The notes below the pieces were generated by a model, which saw only the letters and a program-made list of their open reading frames with translations, had not been told where the DNA came from and did no database searches. The position numbers were made by a program, and so were the translations under genes. A DNA stretch of 64,000 nucleotides from Octopus sinensis (taxonomy: Eukaryota). Position 1 is the first letter of the stretch. Every line of letters begins with the position of its first letter. Location: contig NC_042997.1 of the NCBI RefSeq assembly GCF_006345805.1, forward strand, positions 211,792,001 to 211,856,000. Direction: 5' to 3'. Positions 1 to 11,805 of the stretch are shown one piece after another.

Positions 1-172
1 CAGCAAGAATCCCGTGCCAATGCCACAAAACTGGGCTCATGCAGTGCCACATTAAAAGCACACAGGACACACTCTCAGAGTGGTTGGTGTTAGGAAGGGC
101 ATCCAACTGCAGAAACCAAATCAAATCAGACTGGAAGCTGGTGCAGCTCTTCTGCTTGCCAGCTACATCCAG

Positions 173-416
173 CTAGCAGAGATACCCGGCATTGCCTGGG
201 ATTTAAACGGCATAGTTTGTATACATGGTACGTTGAAGTTGAAATATGATATGGAGAAGTGCAGCATTGATGACAAAACATTTGTGGAGTAAATGAAAGG
301 TGACTTCGACTGACATGTCATGCTTCTGTTTGGAAGATTCCAGGCCCTAACCTTGTCATGGAAAAGTAGGTGGTGGGTATGTAATTTTTGAATGCACCAA
401 AAAAGCTATTAGTGGA
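173..416 (-). mobile_element. Short non-autonomous Helitron
   Basis: The minus strand begins TC (tccactaat) and ends in hairpin cccaggcaatgccggg followed by CTAG. Confidence 0.55.
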
Positions 417-640
417 TATACTCTCCTCCCCTGGCACCTGTGCCGGTGGCATGTAAAAAGCACCCACTACACTCACGGAGTGGTTGGTGTTAGGAAGGGC
501 GTCCAGCTGTAGAAACACTGCCAGATCAGACTGGAGCCTGGTGCAGCCAGTCCAACCCATGTTAGCATGGAAAACGAACGTTAAACGATGATGCTGATGA
601 TGATGATTTCATCTGTTTTTTTTTTCCCCCATTTCATTAG

Positions 641-804
641 GGTGAACTGACACCAGAAATCCTGCCTTATATTCACCGTTTGGGAAAACCATTAAGCATT
701 TTCTTCTGGAAACCATCGGACACTTGTGAAAGTGCTTTTGCAGAAGTGAAAAGAGTTTCCCAATCAGTTAAATCACAAGATATAGTTTTCACCTGGCTCA
801 ATCT
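641..804 (+). CDS. TXNDC16: TXNDC16/ERp90-like thioredoxin-domain protein, internal exon (upstream exons lie before the window)
   Basis: Polypyrimidine tract + cattag acceptor, then GELTPEILPYIHRLGKPLSIFFWKPSDTCESAFAEVKRVSQSVKSQDIVFTWLN(L), then donor CT|gtaagt (phase 2). Resembles the vertebrate TXNDC16 C-terminal b'-type domain (ELT.E.LP...RL.KPL..F...WLNL) as recalled from memory. Confidence 0.8.
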
Positions 805-986
805 GTAAGTACCTTCCATTTTTACCTGGCTGTCTGCTGTATTCACCTGGAGTAATTTAGGGTTGAAGTCGCTCTCTAATTTCCTCTTCATAAAGAATAA
901 AGTTAGGAGCTGATGAATTTTGATTCTAAGTTTCATGGCTCAGTTTTTATGGTTCTTTAGATTTACTGATAAGATTAAATTGATCA

Positions 987-1240
987 CAGTTGCAGCGTGG
1001 AAGGTGTTTATAAGCCATTTAAGAAACACACAAAAACCGTTAGATTCACTTCAACATTTAAATTTAATTTGTCAAAATATTTTCGTCGCTTTGAGACCGC
1101 GACCTGTTCAATGACAAAACTGACAGCACGAAGTTTTGTCAGTGAAAAATTTTGACAAATTAAATTTAGATGTTGAAGTGAATCTAACAGTTTTTGTGTG
1201 TTTCTTAAATGGCTTATAAACATCTTCCACGCTGCAATTG
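987..1240. mobile_element. MITE/fold-back element with ~97-bp terminal inverted repeats
   Basis: 987-~1085 is the near-perfect reverse complement of ~1144-1240; there is also an internal hairpin gacaaaact...agttttgtc. Confidence 0.7.
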
Positions 1241-1633
1241 TTTTCGTTCCAGCACACGATCTCAGATCAAGTCACTTGCTATGTAAGTACATCTCTGTAA
1301 TTTAATTGATCACCTTTTTTTATGATAAATATTTGTTTATTGTTAATCAATATGCAAGTACATGTGGCCATATGGAAAGAAGCTTGCTTCCCAACCCAGC
1401 CTATTTGTCCTCCCACCATTACTTGGCAACTGATGTTGGTCTGTTTATGTCCCCGTAACTTAGCAGTTCGGCAAAAGAGACTGATAGAATAAGTCCTAAG
1501 GTCGATTTGTTTGACTAAAGACGGTGCTCCAGCATGGTCACAGCCAAATGTCTGAAACAAATAAAAGAATAAAAGAATAAATTAAGGAATTCCTAAAACA
1601 AATATATACGTTCTTAATATAAATTAAAGAATA

Positions 1634-2006
1634 GGCGCAGGAGTGGCTGTGTGGTAAGTAGCTTGCTAACCAACCACATGGTTCCGGGTTCAGTCCCACT
1701 GCATAGCATCTTGGGCAAGTGTCTTCTGCTATAGCTCCGGGCCAACCAATGCCTTGTGAGTGGATTTGGTAGACGGAAACTGAAAGAAGCCTGTCGTATA
1801 TATGTATATGTATGTGTTTGTTCCCCTGGCATTGCTTGACAACCGATGCTGGTGTGTTTACGTCCCTGTCACTTAGCAAAAGAGACCGATAGAATAAATA
1901 CTGGACTTACAAAGAATAAGTCCCGGGGTCGATTTGCTCGACTAAAGGAGGTGCTCCAGCATGGCCGCAGTCAAATGACTGAAACAAGTAAAAGAGTAAA
2001 AGAGTA
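1634..2006 (+). mobile_element. tRNA-derived SINE, family A (abundant octopus SINE, possibly OK-type)
   Basis: A-box-like gtggctgtgtggtaag, B-box-like ggttcagtccc, central (TATG)n, tail aaagagt repeats. Further full or partial copies at 1365-1580, 14420-14565, 35790-36185, 45630-45778, 58495-58575, 62800-63000. Confidence 0.8.
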
Positions 2007-2007
2007 A

Positions 2008-2406
2008 TCTTTATATATAAAAGAGAGGTTGTGTGCTGTCTGTCTCCTACGATTTAGATTCCTAACTACTCCCACATTTTGTGGTGCAGTTTAACCAAAA
2101 CCGGGTATCTTATAGTCGTGATTCATATCGAGCCCTTCTGGGTATTAGCACATGTCTACGATGAGTCTATGATTTAAAAAAAAATTTACCATCGATTTTT
2201 CCCATTTTTAATGCATCTTTTTGCTATTATATAAGGGAAGTAACTCTCTAAAAATGTATTATTAAATCTCAGAACGTAAAAAGCTACATAAAATCCCACC
2301 CTTTGTGGTTAGCCATATTGAGATGGCTATTATACTTTACATCTCTAAAAATGCTTATATAGTTATTTCCCTTACAAACCCGAGCAACGCCGGGCGATAC
2401 TGCTAG
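2008..2406 (+). mobile_element. Non-autonomous Helitron (family copy 1)
   Basis: A|TCTTTATATATAAA...cccgagcaacgccggg hairpin...CTAG|T, i.e. AT target and no TSD. Close homologues at 24067 and 42671. Confidence 0.85.
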
Positions 2407-2454
2407 TATTTTAATAAAGAACAGCTTTTAACTAATTTCTTGTTTATTTTTCAG

Positions 2455-2551
2455 AGCATCACAGATGTCTGATCATTTCCAAATTCAGTTATTTGAAACT
2501 TATTTTCAAGCTCCTGTAGTTCCTGCTTTATCCATGGTTTACTTCTCTGAG
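2455..2551 (+). CDS. TXNDC16: TXNDC16-like exon
   Basis: ttttcag acceptor in phase 2; (L)ASQMSDHFQIQLFETYFQAPVVPALSMVYFSE; probable donor GAG|gcaagc (GC-AG). An alternative GT donor follows position 2536 in the same phase. Confidence 0.72.
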
Positions 2552-2556
2552 GCAAG

Positions 2557-2587
<31 letters not shown>

Positions 2588-2589
2588 GA

Positions 2590-3327
2590 GTGCCCTGACT
2601 GGCCTCCGTGCCAGTGGCATGTAAAAAGCACCATCTATCCGTGGCCGTTTGCCACCTCCATCTGGCACCTGTGCGGGTGGCACGTAAAAAGCACCCACTA
2701 CACTCACGGAGTGGTTGGCGTTAGGAAGGGCATCCAGCCGTAGAAACACTGCCAGATCAGACTGGGCCTGATGCAGCCTTCTGGCTTCACAGACCCCAGT
2801 TGAACCATCCAACCCATGCTAGCATGGAAAACGGACGCTAAATGATGATGATGATGATGATGATGATCATCATCATCATCGTTTAACATCCGCTTTCCAT
2901 GCTAGCATGGGTTGGACGGTTTGACTGGGGTCTGGCGAACCAGATGGCTGCACTAGGCTCCAATCTTGATCTGGCAGAGTTTCTACAGCTGGATGCCCTT
3001 CCTAATGCCAACCACTCCAAGAGTGATGTGGGTGCTTTTTACATGCCACCGGCACGAGGGCCAGTGAAACGGTTCTGGCAATGACCTCGCTCAAATATTT
3101 TTACACATGCCACCGGCACAGGTGCCAGTAAGGTGACATTGGTAATGACCACGCTCAAACGGTGCCCTTTTACGTGCCACCGGCACGGAAGCCAGTTGGC
3201 TGCTCTGGCAACGATCACGCTCAGATGGTGCTCTTGGCACCCTACTAGCCAGTAAGGCGACGCTGGTAACGATCACACTCGAATGGTGCCCTTTTATGTG
3301 CCACTGGCATGGAAGCTGGTTAGCTGC
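2590..3327. mobile_element. Two RTE 3'-UTR fragments joined tail-to-tail
   Basis: The + copy ends in (GAT)n at ~2866, where a - copy starts with (CAT)n; shared ggcgttaggaagggcatccagc and aacccatgctagcatggaaa motifs. Confidence 0.85.
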
Positions 3328-3349
3328 TTTTTATTATTATTATTGTTGC

Positions 3350-3386
<37 letters not shown>

Positions 3387-3833
3387 GAGTGAAAGAGCAG
3401 TGCATGCTATGGTGATCTCATATCAAGATAAACAGTGCATGACCTTGCAGGTGGGGCCCAGTTAGAAATTTCTTCTGGTCAAGTAGCCCATCATGCTCAA
3501 AAGGTACCTAAATAAGGATTGTTTAAGGATGTTGAACGAACCACCCATGTTTCCAAAGGTGAATTATCTAAACCTCTAAGAATTCCTCTCAACACATGGC
3601 TATGATGCTCCCCCACTACTTCTGCTTGTGATCAGTGATGCACATATCTTCAGCCACTAAGGGACATGCTCAACTGGTTAAGGTCCAACAACTGACAAGC
3701 AAATCTGTGGTGTTGAGCAGAATATTTGCTGTAGCCCATCTTTTATACCAAGACAAAACAATGTACCTGATAACACTTCCAATCAGTTAAGATCAGAAGC
3801 CATGAGAGCCACTGCCTGGTACTGCATCAGGGC
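3387..3833 (-). mobile_element. Non-coding ~450-bp SINE-like element flanked by (TAA)n
   Basis: The minus strand starts gccctgatgcagtaccaggcagtggc, the same start as the partial copy at 41315-41610. Confidence 0.7.
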
Positions 3834-3883
<50 letters not shown>

Positions 3884-3885
<2 letters not shown>

Positions 3886-4865
3886 TAGTTTTATTTTTAT
3901 AGCGTGCTTTCACTTCACTACTGAGTGCAGCTCTGTTTGCCTTGGGTATGTGCTATGATTTGTTGTGATGCTCTGATGGTTATTGTATGGAAAGTGTTCT
4001 GCATAGGATGTGTGCAGTGCCTAGTAGTGCAATTTTCTGTACGTTATATGTGTTTGTAAGTCCTGGTGTTTTTGTTATGTATTTGTCTGAATATTTTTTT
4101 ATCATGCCTAATGCACCTACTATGATAGGAATTGTTTCTGTTTTCAGATTTTTTTGTTTATTATTATTATTATTATTGTTGTTGTTGTTGTTGTTGTTGT
4201 TATTATTATTATTTATTCTTTTTATCTTTCTTATCTCAAATTTTGTTGTAACTCCTGGAGTCTTGAATGCATAGTGGGCTTGCTGCCTACAGCACCATGC
4301 TATCTGTTCCTTTCAACTATCTAACATTTTCCTGATTATTCTGGCTGTGCCAAGGAGGCAAACCATTTGTAACAGTTCTACTGGGCACTCTATTCTGATT
4401 TCCTTTATATTCCCCTTGATACCTTCTGATACTGTCCCCAAGGACCCAACATTATTTGGCACTATCTCCACCTTCTTCATTTTCCATAGCCGGGCTATTA
4501 CGTACTTAAGAGGGTTGTAACTATTTTTTTGCCTTCCTTCTTGACTATTTCTGCGTCAATGGGACATGTAGCACATGTGGTGCATCTTGTAGGCCACCAC
4601 CACTAAGTCTGGTTTGTTTTGCTCTAGCAGCTGATCTGTTTGTTTTGGGAAATCCCAGAGGATTTTGCTAGTCTCCAACTCCACTTCTCTGTGGTTTGTA
4701 CTCATATTGTGTCTTGCCTCTCTCTAGTCCCCTCCTTTTTGCATAGTTTCTAATGTAGCACTTTCGCTACCTGATCATGTCACTACACCTTGTAAAGTTT
4801 TGGGGCAAGTCCAGGGCATTTCTTTTCATGATTTCAACCATTCTATTACAGATGTGGCACAGCAC
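3884..4865 (-). mobile_element. Two Dong/R4-type 3' fragments separated by (TTA/TTG)n
   Basis: Minus-strand remnants QKIALLGTAHILCR and VCLLGTARII, ILWDFP; embedded in (TTA)n. Confidence 0.7.
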
Positions 4866-5732
4866 AAACACTTGCTCATTCCTAAGGTCGACCCGGTTTG
4901 TGGCCAAAGCTTGGTTGTATGCTGCCAGTCTAGGGCTCTCAGATTATCATCATTATTATACTTCCAGTTGGAAGGCTAGAATGTCAGTGGAAGCTTGGCA
5001 GGTAGTTTTGTTATCAAAACTACTGTCTTCATTGGTATTATTGTTTAAAAGGGAGCATAAGACAATGGACTTTGTCCCCAGAAAAAAAATAATATTTGCT
5101 ACATACTGTGCAGGTGGCACGTAAAAAGCACCCACTACACTCGTGGAGTGGTTGGCGTTAGGAAGGGCATCAAGCTGTAGAAACACTGCCAGATCAGACT
5201 GAAGCCTGGAGCAGCCCCTGGCTCCCCATACCCCGGTCGAACCATCCAACCCGTGCTAGCGCGGAAAACAGATGTCAAACGATGATGATGATGATGATGA
5301 TGATGATTATGATGGGTGTCACCTAAATTTTATAGGGAGTTGGTTATTGTTGGAGCTGGAAGAATTTTCTGGTTGTCAAGAAGTTGTCTTTGCTCTCTCG
5401 TCAGGATGGGTGATTACCAAGATAAGTGGCAGGGAGGCCCAGTGTATGTAGCAACCATGAGGGGCAGAGTTGCATGCTGTTTATGTTTGGTGTGGGAGAT
5501 GTTTCATGATGTGAGTAGTGATTGAGTCTTTTGCTATTGAAAGAAGAAACAAGACTGGAATGACCCCAGGAGAGAATGTCTTAAGGGTCTCTGGTCAGGA
5601 AGGCAGTTCAGATTTAGGTTGCAAGTAAATGATGCTTGAGTGTGGGAGGTTAAAGAGGAAGGAAGGATGGTTCCATCAGTGTAAGGAGACGATGTTGTTA
5701 GAGGTGATGACAAGTAGGTTGGTGGTATTTAG

Positions 5733-5944
5733 GCGAGCTGGCAGAAACGTTAGCACGCCGGGCGAAATGCTTAGCGGTATTTCGTCTGCATTACGTTGTG
5801 AGATCATATTCCGCTGAGGTTGACTTTGCCTTTCATCCTTTCGGGGTCGATAAATTAAGTACCAGTTACGAACTGGGGTCGATGTAATCGACTTAATACC
5901 TATGTCTGTCCTTGTTTGTCCCCTCTGTGGGTAATAAAGAAATA
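5733..5944 (+). mobile_element. SINE family B with MetaSINE-like core
   Basis: Core ttgcctttcatcctttcggggtcgataaattaagtaccag; TSD ggtatttagg. Other copies at 9135-9364(-), 39010-39172(-), 48525-48680(-), 50710-50870(+), 53181-53410(+), 58934-59165(+). Confidence 0.8.
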
Positions 5945-6394
5945 GGTATTTAGGGGGAAGAATGTGTGTCTTTGAGAAGGGGCAACCCAAACCCTGGAGC
6001 AGAGCAAAGTTGATGATGTGTGGGACAAAGAGAGTTCCATCGACCTATGCCAAAACAATGCAGTCTGGCATCAAAGAGACGAGAAATAAATGGAGCCCCA
6101 CAATGGACAGTTTTGGGAGGAGATTCAGGAGTGAGGCATAAGGAAAAACTCTAGTGATATTAAGGACAATAAAAGTTGAAAGTGAAATCTCCCGGGTGAC
6201 TGGTATTAAAAGGTAAGTGTCCAATAGATCTGGTTTTATGAAAGTCATACTTATGAGTGTGTAGCTGGCATTTTAGAAAAGTCCAGAGTCAGTTTGTCGG
6301 AGATAAATCCTGGATGTAAAACAGAAAGACCTGAGTCAAACAGGAAAGCGTGGAATGTGGTGTCTAGTTTCTTGATTATTCTACTTTAATTTCA

Positions 6395-6766
6395 GTGGAG
6401 GTGCAACGGTCCAGTGGTTAGGGCAGCAGACTCGCGGTTTCGATTCTCAGACTGGGCGTTGTGAGTGTTTATTGAGCGAAAACACCTAAAAAGCTCCACG
6501 AGGCTCCGGCAGGGGGTGGTGGTGAACCCTGCTGTACTCTTTCACCACAACTTTCTCTCACTCTTACTTCCTGTTTCTGTTGTACCTGTATTTCAAGGGG
6601 CCGGCCTTGTCACTCTCTGTGTCACGCTGAATATCCCCGAGAACTACGTTAAGGGTACACGTGTCTGTGGAGTGCTCAGCCACTTACACGTTAATTTCAC
6701 GAGCAGGCTGTTCCGTTGATTCGGATCAACCGGAACCCTCATCGTCGTAACCGACGGAGTGCTTCC
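6395..6766 (+). mobile_element. tRNA(Arg)-like-headed SINE, family C (OR1/OR2-like)
   Basis: Head ggaggtgcaacggtccagtggttagggcagcagactcgcgg..ttcgattc with a TCG anticodon-like loop; TSD actttaatttca. Confidence 0.8.
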
Positions 6767-6826
6767 ACTTTAATTTCAAAATATTATTTTAATTTAAAAG
6801 TGATTCACTTTTAAACTTTCTTCCAG

Positions 6827-6926
6827 CATGCTGTTTATAACTATGAAGATGGGAATTTTTCAGAAGAATCGGTTTTGGAATGGATGGAGAAGCTGAGGGA
6901 AAAGAGACATGAAATGAAGTCATCGT
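6827..6926 (+). CDS. TXNDC16: TXNDC16-like exon
   Basis: ttcttccag acceptor, phase 0; HAVYNYEDGNFSEESVLEWMEKLREKRHEMKSS; donor T|gtaagt (phase 1). Confidence 0.78.
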
Positions 6927-7316
6927 GTAAGTAGAATATGTAATTATCTTTATTAACAGATTTAATTAATTAACACTGCTGGTTTAGCACTGCTTAAGTA
7001 ATAAATGAAGCCACTCTGTTGTTGTGTGTGTGTGGTGAACTTCATCCATCTCCTTTTTAACCCCATCAGCTCTAACATCCTGGTCTTTGTGATATTTCCT
7101 TGATGGACTACACCCTACAGTAGATACCTTTAAGACACCCCTACAGATATATCTTGGTTGACCCATCAAGACGGTCCCCATGGCATCATTCTTCTCCTAT
7201 TCAAAGCTATTACGTATTAATTAAGGATTTTTATATTACACAAGTTTAACTTCCTTCTTACAAGAATCACCTTTGCAACTCAATGGTAAATTCTAACAAG
7301 GGACCAGGGCATTCTC

Positions 7317-7484
7317 TGATGTAAACATTTGGGTCAAGTCCATCTGAGAATCCCCTGATCCGTTGTGCATCTTTGTGGTTCCACTTTGATGTAAACATTT
7401 GGGTCAAGTCCATCTGGGAATCCCCTGATCCGTTGTGCATCTTTGTGGTTCCACTTTGATGTAAACATTGGGGTCAGGTCTATC
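7317..7484 (+). repeat. 70-bp tandem repeat, ~2.4 copies
   Basis: tgatgtaaacatttgggtcaagtccatctg...ggttccactt starts at 7317, 7387 and 7457. Confidence 0.9.
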
Positions 7485-7654
7485 ATTAGAGAACACCTCC
7501 CTCCTTCCCTTCCACTTGTCTTGGGGCCCCTGTAGAGGGCCATAAGTGTGGTCCCTCCTCTACATGAATGTAGCATTACTGCTGTAATATTTGTTAACTG
7601 TTTCTGTTGTCATTTCTCTCTGTTGTGGAATCATTTCTCAATTTCCTATTTCAG

Positions 7655-7735
7655 ATGACATGGAATACAACGACTGGAAACCAACTCTGAGGAGTATCAA
7701 CTTCCTGAAAGACCATCCCTTTATGCCACTGAAAG
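7655..7735 (+). CDS. TXNDC16: TXNDC16-like exon
   Basis: tatttcag acceptor, phase 1; (Y)DMEYNDWKPTLRSINFLKDHPFMPLK, comparable to the TXNDC16 WKP.L...FL motif; donor G|gtaggt. Confidence 0.78.
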
Positions 7736-7749
7736 GTAGGTGTGGTTGC

Positions 7750-7807
<58 letters not shown>

Positions 7808-7867
7808 CACACACACACATGCACACACACACACACGCACACACACACATGCACACACACACACACA

Positions 7868-7898
<31 letters not shown>

Positions 7899-8319
7899 TG
7901 CACACACACACACGCACACACACACACGCACACACACATGCACACATGCACACACACACAAGCACACACACACATGCACATACACACATGCACAGACACA
8001 CACACATGCACACATGCACACACACACATGCACACACACACATGCACACACACACACACATGCACACACACACACATGCACACACACACACACATGCACA
8101 CACACACATGTGCACTTTAAAGGAACACAAAATACATATAAACTAGTGAGTTAACCCCTTCCTCCCCACCACCAGGTAACTTGTTTTTGGGGTGGGGGGA
8201 GTGTAGTTTTGCCACAATGGTTAATAATGAAAACATTACTGCTGCTGCTGCTCCTGCTACTACTAGTGGTACCCTTCAAATGATGGGCAATTCTGGAAGT
8301 AAAGTATTCCAAGCAGTGA

Positions 8320-8355
<36 letters not shown>

Positions 8356-8679
8356 AAACATAATTTTCGTATGGTTTTTTAGACATTCACTAGTACAACA
8401 CTAAGTACAAAACCAAATATATGGCACCCAAGGCATAACACCAACATGAACTTCCAACTTGTTGTCTCTTGAGGTCTCTGGGTGAGACTTGGAGCCAACT
8501 TGTACAAATGTAAAGCAAAAGTCAAACATATAATAATGATGATGATGACGATGATGATGATGACGATGATGATGATGACGATGATGACGATGACGATGAT
8601 GATGATGGTGGTGGTGGTGGTGATGATGATGATGATGATGAGGATGAGGAGGAGGATGAGGCGGAGGAGGAGGCTTGAA

Positions 8680-10190
8680 AATGCCATTCTGGAAAGTTGG
8701 TAAATGTAGAGAATGCATGGAAGGAGGAGAGTGTGCCAAATGTCGACTGAACTGAGGGATCAGCTCTGCAAATTGGCAATAGCTTGGTAGGTAAAGCAAT
8801 TAAGGATATGAAGACAAGAAAAGACCCTGGCCCATTAGGAATCACTGCCGAGATGCTTAAAGTATCTGGTGGAGTTGGACATGGTCTAGTCATCCATCTA
8901 GTTTCATCAGGTTTTCTACGAGGAAGAGTCATACGCAATGATTGGAGTAGCAACATCGTAGTCAGCTGCTACAAAGGTAAAGGTGACACCTTGGACAGAA
9001 ATAATAATGACAACAAAGGTATCAAATTATTGGACCAGGTCATTAAAGTTGCAGAAAGTGTCATGGTTCAAATAATTAGGAAGTGAGTCGGCCTGGATGA
9101 GATGCAGTTCAGTTTTGTTTCTGGGAGAAACACCTCTTTCTTTACTACCCACAAGGGGCTACACATAGAGGGGACAAACAAGGACAGACAAACTGATTAA
9201 GTCGATTACATCGACCCCAGTGCATAACTGGTACTTATTTAATCGACCCCAAAAGGATGAAAGGCAAAGTCGACCTCAGCGGAATTTGAACTAAGAACGT
9301 AGCAGCAGACGAAATACTGCTTAGCATTTTGCCCGGCGTGATAATGTTTCTGCCAGTTTGCCGCCTGGGAGAAACACCGTCGATGCTATCTTCCTGGTAA
9401 GGCAATTGTAGGAGAATCCTTTAACCAAAACTAAATGTCTGTGGCTGGATTTTGTCAGAGTCTTTCACTCTCTCATCTGGTGGTCAATGCAGAAGCTAGG
9501 GTTAGGTGAGTGGGTAGTGAGAGCAGTACATGCCATGTGCTGGGATGCTGCTAATGCTGTAAGGGTTGGCACTGAGTACAGCAATGAATTCAGGGTACAC
9601 AGTTCACCAAGGACCAATTCTCAGCCCCTTCTTGTTTATTATAGTGCTCCATGCCATGACAGAGAAATTTAAGACTTGCTGCCCTTAGGAGCCCCTCTAT
9701 GAGGATGACCTTGTTCTTATTGCTGAATCACTACCAGAGTTGAACTAGAGAAGAAATTTCTTGTGTGGAAGCAAAGTCTGGAATCAAAGAGCCTTAGAGT
9801 TAATTTAGCAAAGACAAAAGTATTGATCAGTAGAAAAACAGACAAATCTCAAATCCCTTCAAGATGGGGGCCCTGTTCAATATGTAAAAAGGCTGGAGGT
9901 AGAAATTCCATATGGTGTACCCAGTGCCATCTAAAGTGCAGCCGTATCATGAGGAGATTAACGGAGATATATAATCCTTGTGTGAGGCAGACATGCAGGT
10001 TCAAGAAACACCAGGAATGTACAGAAAATAGACTTCCTCAAATGTTCTGGGGGATCATTAGAATTAGTAGATGACTAGTTGTGACCAAGATGACCAAATC
10101 AGAAGTGGAGGAGGAAATTCTGAAAGCATAGTTGCTAGAATGAGAATCAGCAAAGTTCAGAGAGCTGCTGCTTTTGTTGGTAACAAAGAG

Positions 10191-10224
<34 letters not shown>

Positions 10225-10640
10225 GATGACAGGCAAAATGTATGATGCTCGTGTACATACAGCTATGCCACATGGTAGTGAGACATGGGCTGTGAGTGCT
10301 GAGGACATGTAAAGGTTCGAAGGAAATGAAGAGAGTCTGCTCCACTGGATGGGTAAAGTGAGTGTGCATATATGAGAGAGTGTAAGGGATTTGAGAGGAA
10401 AATTGGGAATATGAGGCATCAGATGCAAGAGAGGAGAGTATCCTGGTTTGGTCATGTGATGCATATGGATGAGGACAGCTGCATAAAGAGGTGCTGATCT
10501 TTAATTGTGAGGCAAGCATGGGAGAAAGGAACAGAGCCTGGAAGATGCAGGACGAAGTAGTGAGAAACTATTTTCAGATGTTGGGCCTTACATTGGACAT
10601 TGACAAGGGACCAAGACATTTGGCAATCTGCTCGAGAAGA
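8680..10640 (+). mobile_element. Degenerate RTE-clade LINE (RT region)
   Basis: KAIKDMK..K.PGP.GITAEMLK, YKGKGD.LD.NN..GIKLL, GVHQG.ILSPLLF, LYEDDL.L, LRVNLAKTKV; many stops and frameshifts. Confidence 0.88.
9135..9364 (-). mobile_element. SINE family B nested in an RTE LINE
   Basis: Flanked by a 14-bp TSD, ctgggagaaacacc (9121-9134 and 9365-9378). Confidence 0.85.
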
Positions 10641-11518
10641 GAGGTCAAGGTCAGTAAAACAATGGCCCTCCATACATCCAGATATATCCTCCTCTATGTC
10701 CCTCCCTCAGCTGAGAGGCCCTTCTTCCCTCCACGGCTTGCAAGTGCTGCTCTCACTAAAATGCATTCGTACTGCTGCTGTATAACACGGTTTGTGTCAG
10801 TGCCACATAGAAGTGCCTGTGTCAGTGCCGTGTAAAAGCATCCAGTGCATTCTCTGAAGTGATTGGCATTAGGAAGGTCTTTCATCTGTAGAAATAATGC
10901 CAAAGTAGACAATTGGAGTCTGGTGAAGCTCTCCGGCCTTGCCAGCTCCTGTCAAACCATCCAAACCATGCCAGCATGAAAAACAAACGTTAATTGATGA
11001 TGATGATGATGGCAACAATAATGATGGTGATCACCCCCACTAACACCACCACCACTAACACCACCCCCACCATTGAGGAAGTTGTTTGTATTTACTGTGG
11101 TCTTAGTCCCATTGCAACATATCACAAGAGAACTCAATACAGGGTATCACAAAAAAAAAGAATAAAGAAACAAAAAAATAAATAAACTTTCTTTACATTT
11201 GCTGTCTCAGTAGATTCTTAAGATTTGGCCATGTTGGTGCCATCTCTTGTAAAATACCATTTTATAGTTAAGTCTTTTGATGTTGTGGCTTTGATTCCCA
11301 TTCAATTTTTATTAGAAATCAATAAAATAAAATAACCGTCAAATGTTGTGGTTAATGTCATTGACCCGTCCTTGTAACTTTTGACTTTCTGCTGACTCAG
11401 GCTGGAAGCTAATAATCATTGATCTTTAACTCATTAATTATGGATTGACATATTTCTTTAATTATAACACTTTCTTTTTCTGCTTTTCTCATTTTTTTTT
11501 TTCGTTTTTTTTTTGTAG

Positions 11519-11616
11519 AAACAACAACAACATCAACACCAATGGCAGGAAATGAAAAGAAAGAATCTGCTTCCCACCCGCATCAATCAACAGACATCAG
11601 ACGCCAAGAACTTTGA
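11519..11616 (+). CDS. TXNDC16: TXNDC16-like terminal coding exon ending in ER-retrieval motif RQEL
   Basis: Long poly-T tract + gtag acceptor, phase 1; (E)TTTTSTPMAGNEKKESASHPHQSTDIRRQEL*, TGA at 11614-11616. Confidence 0.78.
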
Positions 11617-11696
11617 ACTCACAACCTGGAACACTTCAACAACAATGCTTTCTGATCACATCTTTTGGTTTCATATATATATGTATAAACACATGT

Positions 11697-11737
<41 letters not shown>

Positions 11738-11773
11738 TATATAATGATAAATCTCAGAGCAAGTTATAATATG

Positions 11774-11805
<32 letters not shown>

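Noticed and set aside
5316-6360. Possible decayed retroelement coding sequence on the minus strand
   Set aside because: Only faint similarity to PLE-type RT by eye, with no motif I can state confidently.
6396-6460. tRNA genes at tRNA-like heads (also 1634, 25118, 35790, 45630)
   Set aside because: They continue into SINE bodies with tails and, in several cases, TSDs; no complete cloverleaf or acceptor stem.
7591-8154. Long His/Thr, Val/Cys and Ile/Tyr-rich ORFs (also 22876-23334, 25752-26449, 44234-44806, 49930-50481, 53863-54782, 62196-62734)
   Set aside because: Translations of (CA)n, (TA)n, (CTAT)n and (CATA)n microsatellites. Only the embedded exons 7655-7735 and 44834-45081 are supported.
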